Under the pieces are notes generated by a model that did no database searches, was not told the DNA's origin, and saw only the letters and a program-made list of their open reading frames with translations. 64,000 nt of DNA from an uncultured Chloroflexia bacterium (GTDB lineage: Bacteria; Chloroflexota; Limnocylindria; Limnocylindrales; CSP1-4): the NCBI GenBank assembly GCA_963833705.1, contig CAWHYQ010000007.1, forward strand, positions 3,982 through 67,981. Direction: 5' to 3'. The translations under genes and the position numbers were made by a program. Shown in pieces: positions 29,637 through 45,563 of this stretch (its first letter is position 1; each line of letters begins with the position of its first letter).

Positions 29637-30139
29637 GCACGCCGACGCCCCGCGCTCCTCGCCTCCGGCCGTCGTCGGCGCGCGTGACCGATGAGGTGTC
29701 GGCCCTCGACAAGCGGATCATCGAGCACCTCCAGGCCGACGGCCGGCGGCCGTTCACGCAGATCGCGGCCGACCTCGGCGTCTCCGAGGCCGCCGTCCGG
29801 GCCCGGACCAATCGACTCATCGAACGCGGGATCCTGCAGGTGGTCGGGGTCACCGACCCGCTCAGGCTCGGCTTCCACCAGATGGCGATGATCGGCATCC
29901 GTTGCGAGAGCGACAAGCTGATCGCCGTGGCCGAGCGACTCGCCGAGATGCCCGAGGTCGACTACGTGGTCATCACCGCCGGTTCGTACGATCTCCTCAT
30001 CGAGACCGTGTGCGAGGACAACGAAGCGCTGCTGGTGTTCCTCGCCGAACGGCTCCGGGCGATCGACGGCGTACGGGACACGGAGACATTCGTCTACCTC
30101 CGACTGGTCAAGCAGACCTACCAGTACGGGACACGCTGA
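29633..30139 (+). CDS. Lrp/AsnC family regulator
   Basis: LDKRIIEHLQADGRRPFTQIAADLGVSEAAVRAR; AGSYDL. Confidence 0.93.
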   Translation: MSTPTPRAPRLRPSSARVTDEVSALDKRIIEHLQADGRRPFTQIAADLGVSEAAVRARTNRLIERGILQVVGVTDPLRLGFHQMAMIGIRCESDKLIAVAERLAEMPEVDYVVITAGSYDLLIETVCEDNEALLVFLAERLRAIDGVRDTETFVYLRLVKQTYQYGTR

Positions 30140-30274
30140 GCGGCGGCCTCACGATCGCGGTGCCGCGCGGCACCGTACAGGACCGCCCCGAACGGGTCCG
30201 CACCCTACGGGCGGATAAGATGACCCCGATGCGGGCGCAGGATGCGGCTCGCCTGGGGGGCATAGGGGACGAGA

Positions 30275-31524
30275 GTGCCGGTCACGCCGGTCCTGATCCT
30301 GATCGTGGTCGCGGTCGCCGCGAACCTCGTCGTGATGGCGGTCATCGTCATCCCGCCGATGCTCGGGCGGTCCGGCCCGCTCGTGGCCGACGTGGAGCTA
30401 GGCGTGGAGGCGGAACGCCGGGCGGCCGAGGGGGCGGTCATCGGCGGCCTCGACGGGACGGCGTCCGACGGTGGAGTCCCGACCCAGACCTATGACCGGG
30501 TCGTGCGGATCGTCGCCTGGGTCTTCCTGCTGACGACCAGCGCGTTCGTCGCCGCGACCGGGCTATGGGCGGACAACCAGCCGGCCATCCTGATCCTGCT
30601 CGCGTTCGCGGGCCTGTTCATCGTCATCATCCACGACCTCCTGCCGGCGGACGTGCTCGGCCCGGCCAAGTTCGTGGTCGAAGGGTCCGTGGCGATCACC
30701 GTCGCGACCCTCCTGGTGGCCCTGACCGGTGGCGTCGCCAGCCCGTTCTTCTTCGCCTTCCCGCTCATCGTCGGCGGCGCCGCGCTCGTCGTCTCGCCAC
30801 CCATCACGGTTGCGCTGACGGCCGCCGCCAGCGTCGGGTACCTGTTAGGGGTCGCCGTCGGCTCGCCGGCGGGTTCGCTGGGGCCTGCCACGGCGGCCAC
30901 GGTGGGGGTGAACCTGACGGCGATGATCCTGCTCGCGTTCGTGGCCATGGTCATCGCCCGCGAGCAACGACGGACACGCGACGCCGCCATCCGGCTGTCG
31001 ACCGTCGATTCGCTCACGGGCCTGTTCAACCGGACGTTCTTCTTCGCAGCGCTCGAGCGCGAGATCGCCCGCTGTGCCCGGTCTGGGCGCGGCTTCTGCC
31101 TGCTGATGATGGACCTCGACGAGCTCAAGGCGATCAACGACCGGCTCGGCCATTTCAACGGCGACCGCGTCCTGCGCGGCGTGGGCGACGTCATCACCGC
31201 AGGGCGTCCGCAAGATCGACACGGCGGCCCGCTACGGCGGCGACGAGTTCGTCGTCCTCCTGCCCGAGACCGATCCGACCGGCGCCTTCGTCCTGGCCGA
31301 GAAGATCCGGCTCGGGGTCAACGCGATGGCGGTCGAACTCCCGGTCGGAGGCGCCGCGGCCGTCGATGTCGATCGGTGTCGTGAGTTACCCCGACGATGG
31401 TCAGTCGGCCGACGAATTGATGATCAGCGCGGACGGGGCGATGTACGCCTCCAAGCGGGCCGGCAAGGATCGCGTCACGGGCGTCCCGGCTCCGGCCGTC
31501 AGCCGACCGACGACTCCGGTGTAG
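30275..31524 (+). CDS. Membrane-bound GGDEF diguanylate cyclase (frameshifted)
   Basis: TM helices, DSLTGLFNR, DLDELKAINDRLGH, RYGGDEF, AMYASKRAGKDR. Confidence 0.9.
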
Positions 31525-31533
31525 CATCGCTCC

Positions 31534-32774
31534 GTGAGCGACGATCCGCGGCCCGAGCGCGACCCTCGAGGCTTCTCGACCCGTGCCATCCGTGCCGCGT
31601 CACACGCACCCCGGCTCGACCAGACGCCGACGAGCGTGCCGATCTACCAGACCGCGACGTTCTCGTCGGCCGATGCCGACGAACTCGGGCGCGTGGCGGC
31701 CGACGGACGGGCCGGATTCGCCTACAGCCGCATCTCGAACCCGACCACGAGCGCCCTCGGGAGCGCCTATGCCGAGATCGCCGGTGGCGCCGCGGGCGTC
31801 GCGCTCGCGTCGGGGATGGGCGCCATCCATGCCGCCCTCGCCTCGCTCGTCAGCGCCGGGGACCGGATCGTCGCGCCGGTCGCCATGTACGGGTCGACCC
31901 GCGCGCAGTTGCTGCGGACGTTCGGCGGGTTGGGGTCGAAGTGGTCCTCGTGGACACCACCGACCACGACGCCGTGGGCGCCGCGCTTGCCGCCGCTCCG
32001 ACCCGGGTCCTCTACGCCGAGACCATCGCCAATCCGACGACTGCGGTGGCCGATCACGCGGCGCTGTCCGAGGTCGCCCATCGACACGGGGCGTCGTACG
32101 TGGTCGACAACACGTTCGCCTCGCCGTATGTCTGCCGGCCGCTCGGGCTCGGCGCGGATCTCGTGGTCGAGTCGGCGACCAAGTTCCTCGGCGGCCACAG
32201 CGATCTCATCGCCGGGGTCGTCGCCGGGTCGCCCGAGCGCATCGCTGCCGTTGAACGCGTCCAGATCGACACCGGCGCGACCCTCGGGCCGCTCGAGGCG
32301 TTCCTCGTGCTGCGCGGCATCATGACCCTCGCGGTGCGGGTCGAGCGTCACGCGGCGACGGCCGCGGCACTCGCGCTCTGGCTCGAGCGTCACGACGGCG
32401 TGCAGGCGGTCTTCTATCCCGGTCTCCCGAGTCATCCCCAGCATGCGGTCGCCGCCCGCCAGTTCCGACCCGGCGTGGCGGGCGGCATGCTGGCGTTCGA
32501 GGTCGCCGGCGGTCGCGCCGCGGGTCGGGCGGTCATCGACGCGCTGCGCCTGCCCGAGCTGACGGCGTCCCTCGGGAGCGTCCACACGATGGTCGTCCAC
32601 CCGCCGTCCACGTCGCACCGCCAGTCGAGCGAGGCGGAGCTGCTCCAGGCCGGGATCACGCCGGGCCTGCTGCGCGTCTCGGTCGGGCTGGAGGATCTCG
32701 AGGATCTGCTGGCCGACTTCGGCGAGGCCCTGCGCGCCGCACGGCAGGTCGAGCCGGCGCTCGGCGCCGTCTAG
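31534..32774 (+). CDS. Cys/Met metabolism PLP enzyme (cystathionine gamma-synthase / methionine gamma-lyase; frameshift near 31930)
   Basis: YSRISNPT, ASGMGA, VDNTFASP, ESATKFLGGHSD, RVSVGLED. Confidence 0.92.
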
Positions 32775-32851
32775 GGGCTCGAGCCATCGCGAGCCCGGCC
32801 GCCGTCTCGGCGGCCTCCAGCCGACCGTCCAGCCAGAACATCCCAGCCCGG

Positions 32852-34238
32852 ATGGGCTACGGGCTGTGGCGGCTCTTGACGTCGGTCGACTTCGCGGTCG
32901 CCCAGATCATCTTCCTCGCGCTGCATGGCCGTCGTCGGGATGACGATCAAGCAGCTGCCGTACGTTCGCGTTCCGCTCGGCGCTCGGATTACGCGTCGGC
33001 GCTCGACGACATCCACGCCCGCTACGACCCGCTCCTGGGCGCGGGGCTCGTCGACGCGCTCGACCGCCTGTCGGTCTTCTCGATCTTCCGCTCGCCCGTG
33101 GTTCAGCGCCGCGTTGACCGTGCTCGTCATCTCGATCGTCGTGTGCACGCTCGATCGGACCCCGAAGCTGTGGCGTGGGGTGAGCGACATCCGGGTCGCC
33201 CAGCCGGAGCCCTACTTCGACCCGATCCTGCCCGATCGCGCGGCGATGGACGGGGTGGCCGCGGACGAGGCGTCCGCGACGTCCTGCGCCGGAACGGCTT
33301 CCGCGTCCGCGAGGCGACGGCCGACGACGGCACGCGGTTCCTGTACGGCGACCGCCACCAGTACACGAAGATGGCGACGCTGTTCACCCACGCCGGGCTC
33401 ATCGTCTTCCTCGTCGCGGCGGCCGCCACCTCGCGGCTCGGGCAGGAGCAGGGTCTGGTCGTGCCCGAAGGGCGAGATCGCTGACGGTCGGGCCGATCGG
33501 GACGCCCGGACTCCTGCTGGTCAAGAACCTCGACTTCGAGGCGCCCGGGTTCGACACGGGCAAGCCGACCGACTTCACGACCGACCTCGCGGTCTACCAG
33601 GACGGGCAGGAGATCGCGCGCAAGACCATCCGCGTCAACGACCCGCTGTCGATCGCCGGCTACACGTTCCACCAGAACGGGTTCGGGCCCGGCCCCGGTC
33701 CTGCGTCGTCCGCGATGCCGACGGCAAGCCACTCTGGGACGGGGCGGTCCCGATGACCGACTCGGCGGACGGCTCGCCGTACGCCATCCAGGGCGTGCCG
33801 GGCAGCGACATCGGTCTCAACCTGCTGCTGCGCAAGACGGCCGACGGGACCGCGGTCGTCTTCATCCTGCCGTACCGGGTGGTCGGCACGAACCCCGACG
33901 GCAGCCCGATCGCCCAGAACTTCGCGCCGCTCGCCCTCGCCAAGGGCGAGACCGGTGCCGCGCGCGATCTCGGCATGACCATCGAGCTCCGCGACATCGG
34001 CGCGTACACGCTGCTGATCGCCAAGCGCGACCCCGGCCAGGGCCTCGTGTGGCTCGCGTTCGGGCTGCTCATCGCCGGCATCACGATCACGTTCTACCGG
34101 CCGCGCCGCCGGGTCTGGACGCGGCTGGCGCCCGACGGACGACTCGGCATCGTCTGGCGGTCGGACCGGTACGTCGACGTCGAGCGCGAGTTCGGGCGCC
34201 TGCTCGACCATCTCGTCGCCGCGCGCCGACCGGCCTGA
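32852..34238 (+). CDS. Cytochrome c biogenesis protein ResB-like (multiple frameshifts)
   Basis: LWRLLTSV, IFRS.WF, FTHAG, IRVNDPL...YTFHQ, KRDPGQGLVW, RRRVW. Confidence 0.8.
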
Positions 34239-34401
34239 CCCGGGCGGCGGCCCGACGCCCGCGCATCGTCCAACAGCCGCAACCATCGACGGTACCCGGG
34301 GATACTGAATCGCAACCCGCTCGACTGGTAGGCTCCGACCAACGAGCGCGCGCCCGTCGCTTGGTGCGCGAAGGACACGATCCAGTAGTTTCAGGAGCGC
34401 C

Positions 34402-36562
<2,161 letters not shown>

Positions 36563-36672
36563 GCGCCCTGTCCGTCGCTCTTCGAACGCGCCCGGCCGCG
36601 CCTCCCGCGACCGGGCGTATCCTTGCCTGACGCGACTGGCAGTCACCCGACCCGCCAGACGGCCGAGGAGGC

Positions 36673-38039
36673 ATGCGACCGTGGCCACGAGCGCCGATCG
36701 ACCGCCGCAGATCGAAGCCGCCAAGAGCGAGCGGCATCCGCTTCATCCAGCTCCAGTTCACCGACATCATCGGCCACGTCAAGGCCGTCACGATCCCGAT
36801 CCACCAGCTCGAGGGCTCGGTCAAGCACGGGACCTGGTTCGACGGCTCGTCGATCGAGGGCTTCACGCGGATCGCCGAGAGCGACCAGTACCTGATGCCC
36901 GACATGGACACCTTCGCCGAGATCCCGTGGCAGCCCGGGTCGGGCCGCGCGGCACCGCCCGGGTCATCTGCGACGTGTTCACGCCGCGCGGCGAGCCGTT
37001 CGCCGGCGACCCGCGCATTCGTGCTCCGTCGCCAGGTCGAGCGGGCGAAGGCGATGGGCTACATCGTCAACACGGGCCCCGAGCTCGAGTTCTTCCTGTT
37101 CCGCCGCGGCGAGGACGGGCTCATCGAGCCGCTGCCGCACGATCAGGCCGGCTACTTCGACTTCTCGACCGACCTCGCCCAGGAGATCCGCCAGGACATG
37201 GTCGACGCGCTCGAGGCGTTCGGGATCAGGGTGGAGGCGGCCCATCACGAGGTCGCCGTGGGCCAGCACGAGATCGACTTCGAGTACTCCGACGCGCTCC
37301 GCACCGCCGACAACGCGATCACCTTCAAGTTCGCGCTGAAGGCGATCGCCCAGCAGCACGGCCTGTACGCGACGTTCATGCCCAAGCCGATCCACGGGAT
37401 CAACGGCTCGGGGATGCACACCCACCAGAGCCTGTATTCGATCGCGCGAGGAGCGGAACGCCTTCGCCGACGCGGCCAACCCCTACGGGCTGTCCGACGT
37501 CGCGCGCTCGTACATGGCCGGGATCCTCGCCCACGCCCGCGGCATGATCGCGGTCCTCGCGCCGCTCGTGAACTCGTACAAGCGGCTCGTGCCCGGCTAC
37601 GAGGCGCCGACGTATCTGACCTGGGGCCGGACCAATCGATCCGCCCTGATCCGGGTGCCGATGGTCTCGCCCGGCAAGTCCGTCGAGGGGACGCGCTGCG
37701 AGGTCCGCTGCCCGGACCCGTCGTCCAACACGTACCTCGCGTTCGCGGCGATGATCGCGGCCGGTCTCGACGGCGTCGAGAAGGGGATGCACCTGGCCGA
37801 CCCGGTCGAGGAGTCGCTCTTCGAGATGGACGCCGCCACGATCGCGTCCAAGGGCATCCGGGAGCTGCCGGGCACGCTCGGCGAGGCGCTCGACGAGCTC
37901 GAGGCGCGACGAGGTCATCCGCGATGCCCTCGGCGACCACGTTTTCAGTCACTATGTCGAGGCCAAGCGCGCCGAGTGGGACGAGTACCGGACGCAGGTC
38001 TCGGACTGGGAAGTCGACCGCTACCTCGACCAGTTCTAG
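36673..38039 (+). CDS. glnA: Glutamine synthetase type I (frameshifted)
   Basis: [66 protein letters not shown]. Confidence 0.95.
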
Positions 38040-38055
38040 AGGAGGTCCTCCGCCG

Positions 38056-38340
38056 ATGGAAACCCCCGTTCTCATCGGTACCGGGTTCGTCATTCTCGGC
38101 CCGTTCGTCTGGGGCTTCTGCGCCTACTACGCCTACCAGAGTGCGCCGAAGTTCGGTCGTCGGGCCGGGACCTGGGGCGTCCTCGGGATCATCTTCGGGC
38201 CGATCGCGCTGATGGTCCTGTACATCCTGCCGAAGGGGCATCACGTGACACCCGCGGCCACCACCTCGAGCGGCACGCACACGACCCACAAGGATCCGCG
38301 GGCGGACCTGTACGAGGTCCCCAAGAAGAAGCACCACTGA
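38056..38340 (+). CDS. Small membrane protein
   Basis: GGAGG RBS, two TM segments (WGVLGIIFGPIAL). Confidence 0.7.
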   Translation: METPVLIGTGFVILGPFVWGFCAYYAYQSAPKFGRRAGTWGVLGIIFGPIALMVLYILPKGHHVTPAATTSSGTHTTHKDPRADLYEVPKKKHH

Positions 38341-38435
38341 CCGCCGCTGCCGACCCGCCCGTCTGAGACGGAAGGCGCGGCGGCCCGCGCGGATTGGCCC
38401 AACCGGATAGGCCAACGATGCGGCACCATACGGGG

Positions 38436-39677
38436 ATGCCCGCCCCCGAGATCCGCCCGATGCGCTCGCTCGGCCTGCTGTCGATCGCCCACGCCGTCAA
38501 CCATGCGCAGGCCGTCATCCTGCCGCTGATCTTCCTCGAGATCATCGATGAGTTCGGGGTCAGCGTCGGAGACGATCGCCTTCCTCGCCGCCATCGGGGC
38601 GTTCCTTGCCGGGGTGGTCCAGCTGAGCTACGCGGGGCTGACCCGGGTCGTGTCGCGCCGCCGGTTGCTCGGCTATCGGCGGGATCCTGTTCGGGGCGGG
38701 TTCGCGGCCCAGGCCCTGGCCACCAGCTTCGTCACGTTCGCCATCCCGAACATCGCGTCGCGCATCGGCGGCTCGCCGCAGCACCCGGTCGGCAACGGCC
38801 TGCTCGCCGAGCAGTTCCCGCCCGAGCGGCGCGGCTTCGCGATCAGCGCCCACATCGCCGGCGGCAACGTCGGCACGCGTCGTCGTGGCGCTGATCGGCG
38901 TCCCGCTCATCGCCGCCGTCGGCTGGCGCGGCGCGTCGGTCGTCTTCGGCATCCCGGCCATCGCGGTCGGCATCCTGATCCTGCTCTTCGTCCGCGAGCG
39001 AGGCACGGACCGCGCCGCGGCCGCGGCCGAGCGGCACCGTCCGCTCGGCGTTCGGGCGGATCCTGCGCGACAGCGACCTGCGCTGGCTGTACCTCACCTC
39101 GGCCCTCGGCGGCGGCGGGCGCGGGCTCGGCGTCGTCAACCTGTTCGCCCTCATCTACCTGACCCAGGTCCTCGGCCTCGACGAGGCGACCTCCGGGCTG
39201 ATGTACGGCGTGCTGATCGTCTTCTCGGTGCCCGTGCCGATCGTCGCCGGCTGGCTGTCGGACCGGATCGGCCGCAAGCCACTCATCGTCGGCGTCTACC
39301 TCGGCGGCGCGATCGGGTTCATCGTGTTCCTGGCGGCCGGCACGTCGCTCGTGATGGCTGTGGGTCGGCATCGTCCTGATGGGCCTGTTCACGCTTCGCC
39401 GAGAGCCCGCAGCTCCAGGCGCTGCTCGGCGACATCGCGCCGCCCTCCATCCGCGACGCGTCGTACGCGCTCTACTTCACGATGGCCTTCGGGGTCGGCT
39501 CGCTCTGGATCATCCGTCTACGGCTTCGTCATCGAGACCGCTCGGCGAGGCGGCGGGTGTGCCGTGGTGTTCGGGCTCATGGCCGCCACGTTCGTCCTGG
39601 CGGCGCTCGGGACGCTGCCGATCCACGCGGAACAGCGCGCCCGGGAGAACGCCGCCTACGAGGCGACCCTGGGGTAG
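38436..39677 (+). CDS. MFS transporter (multiple frameshifts)
   Basis: AHAVNH, HPVG...RRGFAISAH..GGNVG, GWLSDRIGRK. Confidence 0.85.
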
Positions 39678-39768
39678 GCGCGGCGGCGGTCCGGCGATGC
39701 CCCGACGGGGACGACTGGGCATACTGCCGCGAACGCCGGCCGTGGGTGCCGGTCGCACGAGGAGTCGG

Positions 39769-40458
39769 ATGGACGCTCGGATCCTGCTCGTCGAGGACGA
39801 TCCGTCGATCCGCGAGGTGACCGCCATTGGTCTCCGCAACGCGGGGTTCACCGTCGAGACGGCGAGCGACGGCCAAACCGGCCTCGACCGCTTCGCCGCG
39901 GAACCGTTCGACCTCGTCCTCCTCGACGTGATGCTGCCGCGGCTCGACGGGCTGGAGGTGTGCCGGGCGATCCGCCGGACCTCGACCATCCCGGTCGTGA
40001 TGCTGACCGCCCGCGCCGACACGATCGACGTGGTCGTTGGCCTCGAGGCGGGCGCCGACGACTACGTCAAGAAGCCGTTCGAGGTGCCGGAACTGATCGC
40101 CCGCGTCCGGGCCGCTCTCCGCCGTGCCGGCCGACGACCCGACGATGCCGACCACCTCGCACTCGGCCCGCTGGCGATCGACCTCGCCGGGCGCACGGTG
40201 GCGCGCGACGGCGTCGACATCCCGCTGACGCGGACCGAGTTCGACCTCGTGGCGGAACTCGCCCGCCATGGCGGGCAGGTCCTCAGTCGCGACGTGCTCC
40301 TCGACCGGATCTGGGGTTACGACTATCTCGGCGACTCGCGCCTGGTGGACGTCGCGATCCAGCGGCTGCGCGCCAAGATCGAGACCGACCCCGCCGTCCC
40401 GGAGCTGGTGCTGACCGTCCGCGGCGCGGGGTACAAGGCCGCTCGAGGGGGCGGCTGA
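39769..40458 (+). CDS. OmpR-family response regulator (MtrA-like)
   Basis: ILLVEDD, LDVMLP, GADDYVKKPF, DSRLVDVAIQRLRAKIE. Confidence 0.95.
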   Translation: MDARILLVEDDPSIREVTAIGLRNAGFTVETASDGQTGLDRFAAEPFDLVLLDVMLPRLDGLEVCRAIRRTSTIPVVMLTARADTIDVVVGLEAGADDYVKKPFEVPELIARVRAALRRAGRRPDDADHLALGPLAIDLAGRTVARDGVDIPLTRTEFDLVAELARHGGQVLSRDVLLDRIWGYDYLGDSRLVDVAIQRLRAKIETDPAVPELVLTVRGAGYKAARGGG

Positions 40459-40463
40459 CGGCG

Positions 40464-41849
40464 ATGCGCGGGATTCGCGCGCGGCTGACCGTCACGCTGG
40501 TGGCGCTCGTGGCGTTGACGGCGGTCCTGCTCGGAGCGGGCGCCTACGTCTTCGTCCAGACCAGCCTCCGCGACCAGGTCGTGCGCGATGCTGCGGCCCA
40601 GGCGCGATTCGATCTGGCCGAAACCATCCCGAACCGCGATCTCCCGGCCGCTCCGACGCGTGACGACATCATCGACAGCGGCCTCCGCCAGACGTTCCTC
40701 CAGCGCGACATCGACACCATCATCGATGTCGGAGACCCGCCGCCGGTCGTCTCGCGGCCGGCCCTCAGCGATGCCCTGGGCACGCTGCCAGCCGACTTCG
40801 TCGCGCGGGTCGGTGGCGGCGAGCTGGCCTACACATGGGAGACGGTCGCCGGCAGGCCCAGCCTGGTCGTGGGTGGTCGGGTCGCGGGATCGGGACCCGC
40901 CTTCTACTTCATCCATGACGTCACCGCGATCGAGGAGGCACTCGGTCAGCTGCGACTGGCGCTGACGGTCGGGACCATCGCGCTCATCGTGTTGGCCCTG
41001 CTCGTCGCGCGCGTCATCGCCCGCGGCGTGCTGGCCCCGGTCGAGGCGGCCGGGCGGGCCGCGGAGCGGATCGAACATGGCGACCTGTCGGCTCGGGTCC
41101 CGGTCACCTCGGACGACGAATTCGGGACGTGGGCGGAGCGCTTCAACCGGATGGCCGATGCCCTCGCCGACACGATCGGGCGACTCGAGGCCGCCGAGGC
41201 CCAGAACCGTCGGTTCGTCGCCGACGTCGCACACGAGTTGCGAACGCCCGTGGCCGCCCTCGTGGCCGAGGCATCCATCCTCCGCGACCACGTGGACGCG
41301 CTACCCACCGAGAGCCGGCGCGCCGGTGAACTCCTCGTTGCCGACGTCGGGCGCCTGCGCACCCTGGTCGACGATCTCATGGAGGTGTCGAGGTTCGACG
41401 CGGGGGCCGAACAGATCGTCCCCGAACCGGTCGACCTCGATCGGCTGATCACGTCCGTCGCGGCGGCGCGACTGCCGGCCGCCGTCCTGCACCTGCCCGA
41501 TCCTCCCCTCGTCGTCGAGTCGGACCCTCGCCGCCTGGAGCGGATCCTGGGCAACCTGCTCGACAACGCTCGCGAACACGCTCCGGGCGCTCCGGTCGAG
41601 GTCGGGCTGGACGTCGACGCCGACGAGGTGGTCCTGGGCGTCGCCGACGGTGGTCCGGGCGTGCCGCCGGACGAGCTCGAACGCATCTTCGAACGCTTCT
41701 ACAAGGCCGATCCGTCGCGCCACGGGGGCAGCAGCGGGCTGGGTCTCGCGATCGCCGCGGAACATGCCGCGCTCCTTGGCGGTCGGCTCATCGCGACGAA
41801 CCGGGCGGAGGGCGGCCTCCGGATCGAGCTCCGGCTGCCTGTGACGTGA
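40464..41849 (+). CDS. HAMP sensor histidine kinase (MtrB-like)
   Basis: FVADVAHELRTP, NLLDNA, DGGPG, GSSGLGLAI. Confidence 0.95.
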   Translation: MRGIRARLTVTLVALVALTAVLLGAGAYVFVQTSLRDQVVRDAAAQARFDLAETIPNRDLPAAPTRDDIIDSGLRQTFLQRDIDTIIDVGDPPPVVSRPALSDALGTLPADFVARVGGGELAYTWETVAGRPSLVVGGRVAGSGPAFYFIHDVTAIEEALGQLRLALTVGTIALIVLALLVARVIARGVLAPVEAAGRAAERIEHGDLSARVPVTSDDEFGTWAERFNRMADALADTIGRLEAAEAQNRRFVADVAHELRTPVAALVAEASILRDHVDALPTESRRAGELLVADVGRLRTLVDDLMEVSRFDAGAEQIVPEPVDLDRLITSVAAARLPAAVLHLPDPPLVVESDPRRLERILGNLLDNAREHAPGAPVEVGLDVDADEVVLGVADGGPGVPPDELERIFERFYKADPSRHGGSSGLGLAIAAEHAALLGGRLIATNRAEGGLRIELRLPVT

Positions 41850-41928
41850 TCGTTACCGTCCGGCGACGGGATGGCGAACGACGGGGAGCAAGCTGAGGTT
41901 CGGATCGCTCGTATCAGGAGCCCGAACC

Positions 41929-42927
41929 ATGAAGCCCGACATCCGCATCCTCATCGTCGGCCTGCTCGTTGTCCTCATCGCCGGCGTCGCCGCCTGCAAC
42001 GGCACGACCGGTGGCCTGGGATCCGTCCCGACCGCCGCCGCGACAGCGTCCGCCGACGCCGGCGGCCCGGACGTCACACCGCTTCCGGGCGGTTCCGCGA
42101 CGCCGTCGGTCACCCCGTCCGATCAGCCCTCAGCCACGCCGGGCGCCTCGACGAACCCGAGCGCGACGCCGGCTGCCTCGTCGACGGGGACCGTGATCGT
42201 CCGTGCCTACTTCGTCCTCGGCGGTGAACCAGGCAGCGTCGGCCTCGTGCCGGTCCTTCGCGAGGTCCCGAAGACGACCGCGGTCGCCACGGCGGCCGTG
42301 AACGCGCTGCTGGCCGGACCAACCGCGGATGAGTCCGGGGACCGCAGGATCGGGACGGACGTGCCGGACGGCACCACCCTTTTCGGTCTGACGATCAAGA
42401 ACGCGGTGGCGACGGTCAATCTGTCGACCGAGTTCGACTCGGGTCTGAGGAAGGCGTCGGAGGCGTTCCGCCTCGCACAGGTGGTCTACACACTGACCCA
42501 GTTCACCACGGTCAAGTCGGTCATCTTCCAGATCGACGGTGTGACGGTGACATCCTTCGGAAGCGACGGCATCCCGCTCGACGGCCCGGTCGGTCGTGCC
42601 GACTTCTACGACCAGCTGCCCTCCATCTTCGTGGACCGGCCGGCGTTCGGCGCCGCCTTCGCCGATGGCGGCAAGGCCTCAGGTAACGCGAACGTCTTCG
42701 AGGCGACCTTCCGGATGGCGATCCTCGATGCGACCGGCAAGTCGCTGGTGGATCAGCAGGTCATGGCGACCTGCGGGACCGGTTGCCGCGGCACGTTCGG
42801 TGTCAACCTGCACTACACAGTCAGCAAGGGCCAGTGGGGCACGCTCCACGCGTACAACCTTTCGGCCAAGGACGGGACGCCGGAGGACATCCGGGACTAC
42901 CCGGTCTGGCTCACACCCGGCGGCTGA
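41929..42927 (+). CDS. GerMN-domain lipoprotein with Ig-like C-terminus
   Basis: Lipobox VAAC; ALLAGPT, AQVVYTLTQF, GNANVFEA. Confidence 0.85.
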   Translation: MKPDIRILIVGLLVVLIAGVAACNGTTGGLGSVPTAAATASADAGGPDVTPLPGGSATPSVTPSDQPSATPGASTNPSATPAASSTGTVIVRAYFVLGGEPGSVGLVPVLREVPKTTAVATAAVNALLAGPTADESGDRRIGTDVPDGTTLFGLTIKNAVATVNLSTEFDSGLRKASEAFRLAQVVYTLTQFTTVKSVIFQIDGVTVTSFGSDGIPLDGPVGRADFYDQLPSIFVDRPAFGAAFADGGKASGNANVFEATFRMAILDATGKSLVDQQVMATCGTGCRGTFGVNLHYTVSKGQWGTLHAYNLSAKDGTPEDIRDYPVWLTPGG

Positions 42928-43012
42928 CGTTAGGCGGCGGGCCGCCGCCCGACGGTCCCGTCCCAGGTGTGGTGCACGGCCCCCAGGATGCGGGGGCCGT
43001 GCGCGCGTTCGA

Positions 43013-43570
43013 TCAGTACGACCTGCCGCCTGACGACGGCGAGGCCCCGGCCGGCGCGGTGCCGGTGGGCGACGCTACGAACCACTTGTCGCCGACACCT
43101 TGCCCGACCGTATCGCCGGCCTTCGTGTCCTTGGCGAAGTAGTAGAGCGGCGCGCCGTTGTAGGCGACCTGCATCTTGCCGTCGGCTCGGGCGAACGTGG
43201 TCAGCTGGCCGGCAACGCCGTCGCCCGGCTTGAGCGTGTCGTCACCCTCGACGATGAACGGTGGCCAGTTCGTGGCGCACGTGTCGACGCAGGTGCTCTT
43301 GTTGGCCGAGTCGGGCTTGAACGTGTAGAGCGTCTTGCCATCCTCGCCGGTCAGGTATGCACCGACCGTGCCGTTGGCCACGGCGACGACGTACGCCTCG
43401 CCGCCGGCTGCGGCGGACGGAGCCGCGACGGATGGTGCCGCGACCGACGGGGCCGCCGAGGGCGCCGAGCTGGCGCCGCTGCCGGTCGAACACGCGGCGA
43501 CGATGAGCACGAGGCCGCCGAGCGCGGCGCTCAAGCGAGCCTTGGACATCGGGTTGGTAGGTCGCATCAT
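43013..43570 (-). CDS. Secreted repeat lipoprotein (COG4315 / Lipoprotein_15)
   Basis: Lipobox VAAC; GKTLYTF..D, CATNWPP, QVAYNGAPLYYFAKD. Confidence 0.88.
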   Translation of the reverse strand: MMRPTNPMSKARLSAALGGLVLIVAACSTGSGASSAPSAAPSVAAPSVAAPSAAAGGEAYVVAVANGTVGAYLTGEDGKTLYTFKPDSANKSTCVDTCATNWPPFIVEGDDTLKPGDGVAGQLTTFARADGKMQVAYNGAPLYYFAKDTKAGDTVGQGVGDKWFVASPTGTAPAGASPSSGGRSY

Positions 43571-43710
43571 CAGTGGATCTCCTCCGGGGATCGTGTGGGG
43601 TCTGGCATCAGTCCCTACGTCACGTCACTCCGGACGGTTTCCCGGCGTCGGACGCCTGGCACGCCCGCTTGCGCTATCATCCGTCAGCCCTGTACAACGG
43701 GCACCTCGGT

Positions 43711-45222
<1,512 letters not shown>

Positions 45223-45226
<4 letters not shown>

Positions 45227-45417
45227 GCCGGTCCGATCGTGACGACCGTGAGGCTGGAGTGTCGACCGTTGCGGGCCCGCTGCTCGTTGGTCCAGCGGTC
45301 TCGGACGAGTTGGGCGAGGGCGATGACGACGGGGTCCATCGACAGATTGTCCCCCGGCAGCCTCGACTCGGCCAGTCCGCCACTCTCGGTCACGATCAAC
45401 AGGCGCGGACCCGCCAT
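45223..45417 (-). CDS. Small ORF coupled to recombinase A (candidate directionality factor)
   Basis: DPVVIALAQLVRDRW; ATGA overlap with recombinase start; start uncertain (45339, 45417 or 45546). Confidence 0.55.
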
Positions 45418-45563
45418 CGGCGGTGCGCGCCGCGCCGGCGGCCGGCGATCGGGATCGAGGTACCGCGGGGCCGATGGGCGGCCCGGCCGCCGCCGCGCGG
45501 TCCGTTGGCAACGACGTGTTCGCCGACGGCGCTCGCTGGTGGCCATCTCCGCATCCGACCGTG

